This document shows positions 8,015-15,567 of a stretch of DNA of 46,538 nucleotides, piece after piece. The notes beneath the pieces are model-generated. The model searched no databases. It saw only the letters and a list, made by a program, of their open reading frames with translations, and was not told the origin of the DNA. Both the position numbers and the translations under genes were made by a program. The DNA comes from a virus. Location: positions 1 through 46,538 of the IMG/VR virus record IMGVR_UViG_3300045988_137997. One strand, written 5' to 3'. Positions within the stretch are counted from its first letter, which is position 1. Each line of letters begins with the position of its first letter.

Positions 8015-10238
8015 TGATCCAAAGTGCTTTGCCTGCCGGTGGTTGGATGATGTCCGAAGAGCCATAGATAGGGTTACACAGAGAGGCATCGAACCCCATC
8101 TGGTAGACATTGGTATTGCCACCATCACCAGCGCCACCATTCTGTGTGTCCATACCGTAATACGCGCCTTCGGTGTTGTATCGATCGCCGTATTTGAACG
8201 CGTGGCCACCGTGTGTACCCGTGATGTTCGGTGCACCACTTTTGAGATAAGTGCCGACCTCTGATGCAGCGTTGGCTCCCATCACTGTGCGATTGCGCCA
8301 GTCAGGCAGTTTGAAGGTCGTGGAGCCATCGCCGGCACCCCAGGCCGTACCGATTGCCGCAAAAAGCTTGGCATACGTAGTGCGGCTGATCGTGCCCCCA
8401 TTGCAGGCCATAAAGCCCGATGGGACAGTCTTGCCCGCATATGGAAAGGCCACCCCAGATGGGATGGCCGAACCGAGACCTGCTTTAAAAAGTGCCCGTA
8501 CCCAGGCAGTCGTCGCAATCGAGTTGTCGTCACTGCTCGTAACTGGACTTTGACTCACCTTAAAGTAAGCGTTGCCGGCATTGTCTTCGGCGATTTGGAG
8601 AAAGTTTATCCAGCCAGAGTTATCCCGCCGTCTAGCAGTAACTTGAAATGTCCGACTTCCTTCGGTATTTGCCGTGCTCTCCAACCCCATGAACCGAAGT
8701 CCATCTTTGTCTATAACTTCGCAAATGGTTCGGTTAGCTGTTTTTGCACGAGAAGTGTCGGCAATGCTGACTCCTTCCCACGGAACGCTCTTTATGAACG
8801 TACTGGATGCGGATAGCAAAGATGAAGTGAATGTCTTGGCACCGTTGATTTTTTCAGCGTTGACAGTGTGAACTAACTGGGACTGCTCGGCATTCCAAAT
8901 ATAGGAACGAAGCCACCTTGTGGTGACAACTTCATAACCGTTCGATGTTTCTGCTGGGGAGTGATTGGCTCGAACATATCGAGTTCCATCTGCCCGATGA
9001 CCTATCTCCAGGCTGCTCCAGTCGCCATCTTCGTTATCAGCGTTGTAAAAATTGATATCGGACAGCACTACAGTGGTCTCACCTGATGCATATTGGAAGT
9101 GCTTGAGAAGCAATCCGCCTTTCCCGTTTTTGTCCCTATATCTGGCAAACCAAGTCTGCGTAGTGGTTTCGGGGACTTTCGTGAAATCTTGGTCTGGGCG
9201 TACCACTTCCAACCCAGTTGACGCATAGACATTGATCGGGCGATAAAATTTTTTCCACCCATTTATTTCTTCGTCACCAGTTAGGTGGACAAAAGCATTG
9301 TTTGCCCACTTGGCCGTGATCAGCGTATGGTCATTCACTGAAGCCGATGGGCTATCGGCAGCAATGATCCGGACTTCCTCGTTCGCGTATTCCTTGATTG
9401 TTAAGAACAGACGCCATGAAGTATTTGCTCGATTTCGACCATTGAAACGCAGGTCTCGGCTGCCGTCCTGGTTAAAGTAGGCTTCTTCAGAGATAAGTGC
9501 AGCACCATCTCTATCCGCAATTCTGTAAACAATGATGTTTTTCGAAGAATCCCGTTCAGTATCAGAAACGCTTACATCAGATCTACTGCCGAAAAGCCAT
9601 TGGTTTGTATTGAATGTGATTCGGTTCCCGTGTGCAGCTTGACCAGTTACTTTCAGTAACCCGCCGATGGTGGCATCACCGTTCGCCTGAAGAGCCTCAA
9701 GAGTGGTCTTGCCGTGGACGACCAAGTTTCCGGAAACATCTCCATTGCCGTTCAGGTCAAGCTCTGTGGCCGTGACTTTCTTGGCCGAAACTGCCTGCAA
9801 AGTGCTCGCGCCATTGACTTTCAGCGTGCCACTGGCCGAAATGTTCGTCGCATTGACGGCGGCCAAAGTGCTCGTTCCGGTCGCCGTGATGCTCGTGACA
9901 TTCAAACCACCTTGCGCATTCAAGGATCCCTTGATGGTGGCAGCTCCGCCCACCACAAAAGTCCCGGACACATCACCATTGCCATTGATGTCGAGATTCG
10001 TGCCAGTGACCTTGCCAAAGCTCACGTCGCCAAAGCGAGTCGCTGCGGTCAACCCCTGATCAACCGACTTCGGCGCGTTGCCGGACCCCGTCCGGATCAG
10101 CTTGCCGGCCACCTGATCAGCCATCAGTTGCTTGTATGCCTGATCCGCAACAGCCACTTTGTCGGACGGCATGGCGTCCGTTGACATAAGTTCGGACGAA
10201 AAAAAAGCGCGTTCGGACGCGCTGTAGTAGTAAGCCAT
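8004..10238 (-). CDS. Tail fibre 3 (expressed isoform: constant N-module + Sv1 + tip D)
   Basis: 744 aa. Contains G-x-L-x-V-x-G repeats, repeated ..SIATTAWV.. fibre modules, and a tail-collar-type domain (FPYAGKTVPSGFMACNGGTISRTTYAKLFAAIGTAWGAGDGSTTFKLPDWRNRT). Good SD. Confidence 0.85.
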   Translation of the reverse strand: MAYYYSASERAFFSSELMSTDAMPSDKVAVADQAYKQLMADQVAGKLIRTGSGNAPKSVDQGLTAATRFGDVSFGKVTGTNLDINGNGDVSGTFVVGGAATIKGSLNAQGGLNVTSITATGTSTLAAVNATNISASGTLKVNGASTLQAVSAKKVTATELDLNGNGDVSGNLVVHGKTTLEALQANGDATIGGLLKVTGQAAHGNRITFNTNQWLFGSRSDVSVSDTERDSSKNIIVYRIADRDGAALISEEAYFNQDGSRDLRFNGRNRANTSWRLFLTIKEYANEEVRIIAADSPSASVNDHTLITAKWANNAFVHLTGDEEINGWKKFYRPINVYASTGLEVVRPDQDFTKVPETTTQTWFARYRDKNGKGGLLLKHFQYASGETTVVLSDINFYNADNEDGDWSSLEIGHRADGTRYVRANHSPAETSNGYEVVTTRWLRSYIWNAEQSQLVHTVNAEKINGAKTFTSSLLSASSTFIKSVPWEGVSIADTSRAKTANRTICEVIDKDGLRFMGLESTANTEGSRTFQVTARRRDNSGWINFLQIAEDNAGNAYFKVSQSPVTSSDDNSIATTAWVRALFKAGLGSAIPSGVAFPYAGKTVPSGFMACNGGTISRTTYAKLFAAIGTAWGAGDGSTTFKLPDWRNRTVMGANAASEVGTYLKSGAPNITGTHGGHAFKYGDRYNTEGAYYGMDTQNGGAGDGGNTNVYQMGFDASLCNPIYGSSDIIQPPAGKALWIIKV
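8221..8235. repeat. PNITG-coding site D in the expressed gene (inverted relative to A/B/C)
   Basis: The reverse complement reads ACCGAACATCACGGG, identical over 15 bp to site B. Confidence 0.7.
8532..8548. repeat. PVTSS-coding site, copy M3
   Basis: 17-bp identity with M1, inside sequence that is otherwise only about two-thirds identical. Confidence 0.5.
9643..9656. repeat. LKVTG-coding site S3 at the constant/variable junction of the expressed fibre
   Basis: CCAGTTACTTTCAG is identical to S1 and in the same codon phase as S1 and S2. Confidence 0.7.
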
Positions 10239-10250
10239 ATCTATACCTCG

Positions 10251-11162
10251 TCAGTAGCCGATTGCCATCCAGTAGCTCGAAACGCCTCCATTGCCGTTGT
10301 GCTTGAAGGCTGCGTTGCCTCGCTTGAGCGTCGACAGCGCGAAAGTCGGCGCAAAGTTCCCTTTAGCCTCTGCGACTGCAAAAACGGCCTTGGTTGGAAA
10401 AGCCACCGGGAAAGCGATCACGCTGTTTCCGTTCGATGCCAGCGTCGCCTGCCCCCACTGCAGAATCAGGCCGTTCGGCAGCTTCTGCATCCCCCAGTCG
10501 CCATGCGCCTTCAAAAAGGCAGCCAGAAGGTTTGCCGGAGTCAAAGCCTTGGTCTGATCCTTGCCGGCCGCCACTTCGGAGGATGTCGCAATGCGGATCA
10601 AGCCGGTGCGCCCGGTCGTAGCTGTGCGAGCCGACAAGGATGCGCAGGTGACGACACGTGTGGCATCCGTGCCCGTGATGGTCTCTTCGTTCGTCGCCAG
10701 CTCGACCACGCCCAGCGTCGACGTCGTCGCCGGCGGGTTCAAAAGGTTGGCGTCACCAAAAATGACTTGGTCGGCACTGAAGTCCGTCACCGCGATGTCG
10801 ATGGCCAGCATCGAAATGGCCATCGCCGACTTTTGCAGAATCGGCGTGTTTTGCGAGTAGACAGCAAAGAGAGTGCCCTTGTCGGTATACAGCCCAACTT
10901 CGTAGACCGTATAGGCGTCATCCGTACTATCCTGCACCGTGCAGTGGATGATATTGTCGGCCACTGCACCGCCGGCGACCGTTGTCAGTCGCTTAAACTC
11001 GGCCTGGAGCTGAGTCTGCTCAGGTGTGGCCGTGTACTGTCCGGTCCCGTATCCGACTTCAGTAATCAAAACAGCATCTGTGCCGGCTTGCGACGCGGCC
11101 ACTACCTCATCGAGGCCGGCCTGCGTGATGATCATTTTGAGTTCGTTTGCAGTATCGGGCAT
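10251..11162 (-). CDS. Tail fibre 2 (P2 H-like collar N-domain, gp53-like C-terminus)
   Basis: N-terminus is paralogous to fibre 1 (IITQAGL...YTVYEVGLYTDKGTLFAVYS). GTD..A.TP fibre repeats. C-terminus LILQWGQ...FPVAFP...YWMAIGY. Confidence 0.8.
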   Translation of the reverse strand: MPDTANELKMIITQAGLDEVVAASQAGTDAVLITEVGYGTGQYTATPEQTQLQAEFKRLTTVAGGAVADNIIHCTVQDSTDDAYTVYEVGLYTDKGTLFAVYSQNTPILQKSAMAISMLAIDIAVTDFSADQVIFGDANLLNPPATTSTLGVVELATNEETITGTDATRVVTCASLSARTATTGRTGLIRIATSSEVAAGKDQTKALTPANLLAAFLKAHGDWGMQKLPNGLILQWGQATLASNGNSVIAFPVAFPTKAVFAVAEAKGNFAPTFALSTLKRGNAAFKHNGNGGVSSYWMAIGY

Positions 11163-11165
11163 CGT

Positions 11166-12302
11166 TTAGTCTCCCAATGGCTGAATCTGAGGGGCTTCAG
11201 ACTCCGAACCACCCTCAAGTTCTTCGACTCGTGCCGACAGCTCGGCAATTGTCTGATTCAAAGCATCGATCACGGTCTTTAAAGTGACCGGCGTCACAAA
11301 CTTGCTTTCCGACGTGCCGACAGAAACCTCTTCAGCACTTGCCGCTCGGTCATCCACAGCCGCCTTCAAATTGGCCGGAGAAACCGCCGTCGTGGCATCT
11401 GTGCCGGCCTTAACCTCGTCAGGTGTAGCCAGGCGCACCGTGCCCGCCTGCTCTTCCGTTGCAGAGGCAAAAGCATTGTCGAAAGCCGCCTTGACAGTGG
11501 ATGGCGTCATCACCTTGGTCGCATCAGTGCCGGCTTTTGCTTCGGCTTCTGTGGCCAGTTCCACAAGGCCTTTTTTGCCGGTTCCGGCCTCAATAGCCAG
11601 AACCGACTTCGGTGTCAGGAACGACGTCGTGGACGAACCACCTGCAGCCACATCGTCGCTGGCGGCCCGGGCATCGACTGCAGCCTTCAAAGCCGCTGGC
11701 GTGACAGCCTTTTCGGCGTCCGTGCCGGTCTTAGCCTCGTCTGCCGTGGCCGTTTTGATCAAGCCGGCACGCGTATCCGTCGCCAGAAGCTTTGCAAGAG
11801 TCGACGGCGTCACAGCGCGCTGCGAGTCAGTGCCGGCAAGCGTCTCGGCTTTCGTGGCCAATTCACAGATACCGGCGTTCTCAGTAGTGGCCGCAGCAAA
11901 GCTGTACGTCATGCCCTCAAACGTGATCGATGCCGAGTCAATCCCGTCAAACTTGATGTCTACCGACAGCAGAGCCTGCGACGTCGAGACCTTCTGCAAG
12001 ATCACCGACTGCTGAGAAGTCACCGCAAAGAGCGTGCCGTCAGCCAGATACAGACCGAACTCGTAGACCGCGTAGGAATCTTCGGAGTCGTCTCGAATCG
12101 CCACATGGATGGTGTTGTCTCCGGTGTCCCCACCCTCAATCACATCGATCTGCTTGAACTCGTTCTGCAAAGCGGTCTGAGTCTTGCTTGGCGTGTAGCG
12201 TCCGGATCCCAGTCCGATCTTTGTGATCTGGACAGCGGCCGTCCCAGTGGCCCCGGCGTTGACAATCGCCGCCAGGCCTGCATTCGTAATGATGATTTCC
12301 AT
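11166..12302 (-). CDS. Tail fibre 1 (P2 H-like collar N-domain with tandem fibre repeats)
   Basis: MEIIITNAGL...YAVYEFGLYLADGTLFAV, followed by at least 4 repeats of A..A.AGTD...A.TP..LKAAVD. Confidence 0.8.
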   Translation of the reverse strand: MEIIITNAGLAAIVNAGATGTAAVQITKIGLGSGRYTPSKTQTALQNEFKQIDVIEGGDTGDNTIHVAIRDDSEDSYAVYEFGLYLADGTLFAVTSQQSVILQKVSTSQALLSVDIKFDGIDSASITFEGMTYSFAAATTENAGICELATKAETLAGTDSQRAVTPSTLAKLLATDTRAGLIKTATADEAKTGTDAEKAVTPAALKAAVDARAASDDVAAGGSSTTSFLTPKSVLAIEAGTGKKGLVELATEAEAKAGTDATKVMTPSTVKAAFDNAFASATEEQAGTVRLATPDEVKAGTDATTAVSPANLKAAVDDRAASAEEVSVGTSESKFVTPVTLKTVIDALNQTIAELSARVEELEGGSESEAPQIQPLGD

Positions 12303-12311
12303 AGAAAGCCT

Positions 12312-12980
12312 TTAAGAAGCTGTTGCCACAAGGCAGCGCGACACAATGGCTCGCGCACCAGCGGCAAGACCGATGACTCCATCGGCATCAAGAGAAGTGA
12401 TGGATTCGGAACGGATCCGGGCGAAAGCGACAGGGCGAAGATAGGCACACATGCCCATGCCTCCGCCGACCTGCTGCTGGATCACAAAGGTGTAGTGGCT
12501 ACGCACAGGCTTGGCGTCATCGATGAGACGGATCAAGTCTTCCTGCATCTCAGCGTCAAGCACGCCCTCGATCTTCCCGAGCGTCGCATAGATCGTGAAA
12601 GTGTGCGGTGTCCCCTTCGGATCCGTCTCCCACCATTCCTTGATGGTTGCCGCCGACTGGATGGAAGCCAGCGCGTCGCGCACTGCCCTGACCGTCCCTT
12701 TTTTGCGCTTTTCCGTGACCACATTCTTGACCACCGAGCGTTTGAGCTCGATCGGCCAAGAGTCACGCCAGACCGACGCATCCCAGGCGTAAGCAAGATG
12801 GTCGAGCTGCTCGCTCGAAAGCCCGTCGATGCTCACGTAGATGCTCGGAAGATCCAGCGCTGCCGTCACCTCTTGAAGCAAAGGATCAAGCGCCTTGCCT
12901 GCGCTACTTACCGACTTGTCCCGTTTGATGGAGTCAGGAACAAGGTCAAGCAGAGAGGTTTGATCGAGTGTTTTACTCAT
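12312..12980 (-). CDS. Baseplate/tail protein I (P2 gpI-like)
   Basis: ATG at 12980. Motifs SLLDLVP...LDHLAYAWDASVWRDSWPIELKR..V......KKGT. Confidence 0.7.
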   Translation of the reverse strand: MSKTLDQTSLLDLVPDSIKRDKSVSSAGKALDPLLQEVTAALDLPSIYVSIDGLSSEQLDHLAYAWDASVWRDSWPIELKRSVVKNVVTEKRKKGTVRAVRDALASIQSAATIKEWWETDPKGTPHTFTIYATLGKIEGVLDAEMQEDLIRLIDDAKPVRSHYTFVIQQQVGGGMGMCAYLRPVAFARIRSESITSLDADGVIGLAAGARAIVSRCLVATAS

Positions 12981-14109
12981 CCTTGTACCCCTCATAGACG
13001 ACGCTGACCTTCGTGCACTGCGCCACCTGCGTCGCTTCGAGCTTCTTCCAGGTGGCAGGCTTTAGCTTCGAGTTGTCGACTCGTGAAGCACCGGCAGCAA
13101 AGACCAGCTGCAAAAGCTTGCCAGGCGTGATGTCGCGCCCGATCTTCGTTTGCTGCCAGAGGCGATACTGCTCAACAGCAGCCTCGACATCGGCCTGGAT
13201 CTGAGCGGCCTTGCTCGAATCCTCTTGACTGATCCAGTAGTGCAGCTCGATCTCGTAGTTCGAAGCCGTCGGCGCCTTGACCACCACGTAGTCGGTCAAA
13301 GGCCGGATATTTTCATCAGAAAGATGCTCTTCGATCTGCTCAAGCGTGTCCTCTGTGGGCAGAGTCCCGTCGGTCAGCAGAACATAAACGTCAACTTCGC
13401 CGGGCGTGGGCGAGTTGACTTTGACGTCGATGATCGCCGGCGACACACTCTTTGCGTGATAAACGTATGCCTTTTCAGGACCGGCCACCGAAAAAGAGTT
13501 CGGCGCCAAGCGTATTCGATCGGCAAAGTCCGGATCGCTTTCGGCGTCCGCGCCACCCGTCGTGATCGTGGTGTTCTGCGCACCGGACACAAAAGTCATC
13601 GGTGTCACAATCGTGCTGATCTGCCCTGCGAGGTAGTCATTGCCGACAGGCCCGGCGACCGTACAAGATGCCGACACCTCGCCTTTTGTCTGGCCAATCG
13701 GGATCAGCAAATCCTCATCGGTTTCAAAAGTCACGACGCCATTTGTGACCTGCGTCCCTGCCGGAATCGTGTAGACGGATCCGAGGGCCTGAGAAAGCGT
13801 GAACTCAAGCGTCGTCACAGCCTTACTTTCGGCCATACGCTCAACAGCCAAAAGTTGGCCAAGAGCATCCAGATAATTGCCTTGCGCGTAGCTCAAGAGG
13901 TTCTGCTGTGCCGCAAGATTGATAGCCGTGCGCTGCTGAATGATGACGTCGGCAATGGAGAGTAAAAAAAGGCGGCGGGGATCACCCGCCGCTAGTGTGT
14001 CTCCACTGGCTTTTTCAAAGCCTGTGATGATCTGAGATCGGATCGTCTCCGCGTCCGTCTCAAGGAAGTTGACCGGAGCCAACCCCCACCGTGGAATCGT
14101 CTCTGCCAT
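12973..14109 (-). CDS. Baseplate protein J
   Basis: Size, position between W and I, and Baseplate_J-like sequence. ATG at 14109. Confidence 0.75.
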   Translation of the reverse strand: MAETIPRWGLAPVNFLETDAETIRSQIITGFEKASGDTLAAGDPRRLFLLSIADVIIQQRTAINLAAQQNLLSYAQGNYLDALGQLLAVERMAESKAVTTLEFTLSQALGSVYTIPAGTQVTNGVVTFETDEDLLIPIGQTKGEVSASCTVAGPVGNDYLAGQISTIVTPMTFVSGAQNTTITTGGADAESDPDFADRIRLAPNSFSVAGPEKAYVYHAKSVSPAIIDVKVNSPTPGEVDVYVLLTDGTLPTEDTLEQIEEHLSDENIRPLTDYVVVKAPTASNYEIELHYWISQEDSSKAAQIQADVEAAVEQYRLWQQTKIGRDITPGKLLQLVFAAGASRVDNSKLKPATWKKLEATQVAQCTKVSVVYEGYKDE

Positions 14110-14113
14110 AAGG

Positions 14114-14431
14114 CTATTCTCCAATCGAAACCGTTACAATCGGCTTCAAAACGCCGTCCAAAGAGTCTTCTTGTGAGCCGTGAAAAGTCACTGATTCGAC
14201 TTTTGCTCGCGGCTCATACGTCTCAACTGCGTCCACGATTTCCGATCGCATCAGCATCTGAGCCACGGCAATCGGCTGGTCGACGTAGTCCCACGAAATG
14301 CCAAAGTCACGATCCAAAGGCACCGTTCCTTTGCGCGTGCCGATGATCGTCCGGACGTTTTGAAGGATCTCGACAACTTCGGTTTCCGGATCGAAATTCA
14401 CTTCGGATCCCAAACTCACGACGTAGTTCAT
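14114..14431 (-). CDS. Baseplate protein W (gp25-like)
   Basis: ILQNVRTIIGTRKGTVPLDRDFGISW...RSEIVDAVETYEPR is typical of the GPW/gp25 family. Confidence 0.75.
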   Translation of the reverse strand: MNYVVSLGSEVNFDPETEVVEILQNVRTIIGTRKGTVPLDRDFGISWDYVDQPIAVAQMLMRSEIVDAVETYEPRAKVESVTFHGSQEDSLDGVLKPIVTVSIGE

Positions 14432-14820
14432 GCCGCCTCCTTCAGCGTCACAGACACCTCGCAAAAGACGCACTGGCCGTAGTTGTTGTGGTGCTTTCGG
14501 CTTTCCGACATCGACTCGATGACGAACCGCCCTAAGTAGTCGGATCCGATCAAGAGCCGTTGCGGCTCGTGTGTCTCCATGACCTTCTGCAAAGCCTTGA
14601 GCGCAATCGGAGGCGATAAGCCAAGCGCTGCCGCCAGCTGCATCGAAAAGGTCACCTGCAAGAGTTGCGGACCGATGTACTCAAGCTTCGGCTTCTGGCC
14701 GATAACTTCATGCGTCGCCCATCGATCTGTCCGCTCGACCTGCAGGTCTTTAAAAGTCAGCGCCAGGCTGGCGCTACACACAAAAGGGATCGTCCCCAAA
14801 AGTCCTAAAGCACTTGCCAT
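14428..14820 (-). CDS. Tail protein, GpU-like
   Basis: 130 aa. The pattern LGLLGTIPF...RWATHEVIGQKPKLEYIGP...L.G.DYLGRFVIES resembles P2 gpU. Confidence 0.45.
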   Translation of the reverse strand: MASALGLLGTIPFVCSASLALTFKDLQVERTDRWATHEVIGQKPKLEYIGPQLLQVTFSMQLAAALGLSPPIALKALQKVMETHEPQRLLIGSDYLGRFVIESMSESRKHHNNYGQCVFCEVSVTLKEAA

Positions 14821-14834
14821 GCCGTCCCTCGGGA

Positions 14835-14880
14835 TAAAAAAAGCCCCGCCGATCGACGAAATCAGCGGGGTTCGTTTTTT
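14835..14880. terminator. Bidirectional-looking intrinsic terminator inside the tail operon
   Basis: Hairpin GCCCCGC...GCGGGG is flanked by an A8 run and a T6 run, between the V and U-like genes. Confidence 0.55.
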
Positions 14881-14892
14881 GAATCGAATTTA

Positions 14893-15567
14893 TTAGTGCG
14901 GTCCAGTTGTCTCACCATGAGGTGCCGTATGAGTGTGGCTGTTGAGGCTGATGCCGCTTGCCACTACGTCTCCGGTTGCCGTCAGCGTGCCGTTGAGCTT
15001 GATGTCGCAGTTGGCCACAACACCACCTCCGCCAGTCACCGTAAAGCCGCCTTGGCCAGTGATCAGACCGGCAACTGTGATGTTCCCAGTGAAGTAAGTG
15101 TTCGGCGAGTCAATCGTCACCGATTCAGAAGCCCGCACTAAAGCCGTTTTGCAGAACACCGAAGCCGACTCCGGCACCGTAATCGATCCTGTCTTTTGAT
15201 CAAAAACGATCACCGTACCTGCAATCGTCACCGTCAGCGTGTGCGAGGAACGGTCGTAGCAGATCCGGGTGCCATCTTTGAATACAACCGTCCGACGATC
15301 GGCCGTTGTCTCAGGCGGTTCAACATCACCGGCGTAAAACGAGCCGATGATCACGCCATCCTCAAAACCGTCGCCACGAAAAAGACACAGCACATCCTCT
15401 CCGACGTCAACCATCTGATAGTCGCGATTGCCAAAAGAGTTACGCTGCATGATGGGCAAGTCGTAGCTCACCATCGAGTTTTCGTCATCGAAAATGACTC
15501 GAGCCGTGCATTTGACCGGATTGATCGAGCTGACTTCGCCAATCTTGAAATTGTCAAACTGCATCAA
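14893..15567 (-). CDS. Baseplate spike (gpV-like)
   Basis: N-terminus FKIGEVSSINPVKCTARVIFDD is Phage_base_V-like. C-terminal tip motif SLNSHTHTAPHG. Confidence 0.8.
   Translation of the reverse strand: MMQFDNFKIGEVSSINPVKCTARVIFDDENSMVSYDLPIMQRNSFGNRDYQMVDVGEDVLCLFRGDGFEDGVIIGSFYAGDVEPPETTADRRTVVFKDGTRICYDRSSHTLTVTIAGTVIVFDQKTGSITVPESASVFCKTALVRASESVTIDSPNTYFTGNITVAGLITGQGGFTVTGGGGVVANCDIKLNGTLTATGDVVASGISLNSHTHTAPHGETTGPH

Noticed and set aside
9811-9824. CCATTGACTTTCAG in the constant fibre module matches the tier-1 core at 12/14 positions and could be a further recombination site.
   Set aside because: It encodes LKVNG within the internal G-x-L-x-V-x-G repeat of the fibre. It is in direct orientation to S3, so recombination would delete sequence, and no cassette starts there. 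It is probably motif-driven similarity.
10299-11282. Long antisense ORFs could be genes. Examples: 10299..11282, 12105..13007, 13150..13965, 15828..16415, 27162..27968, 29370..30326, 43707..44522, 45113..45778.
   Set aside because: They are Arg/Ser/His-rich shadow frames opposite clearly homologous structural or early genes. They lack SD sequences and any recognisable motif.
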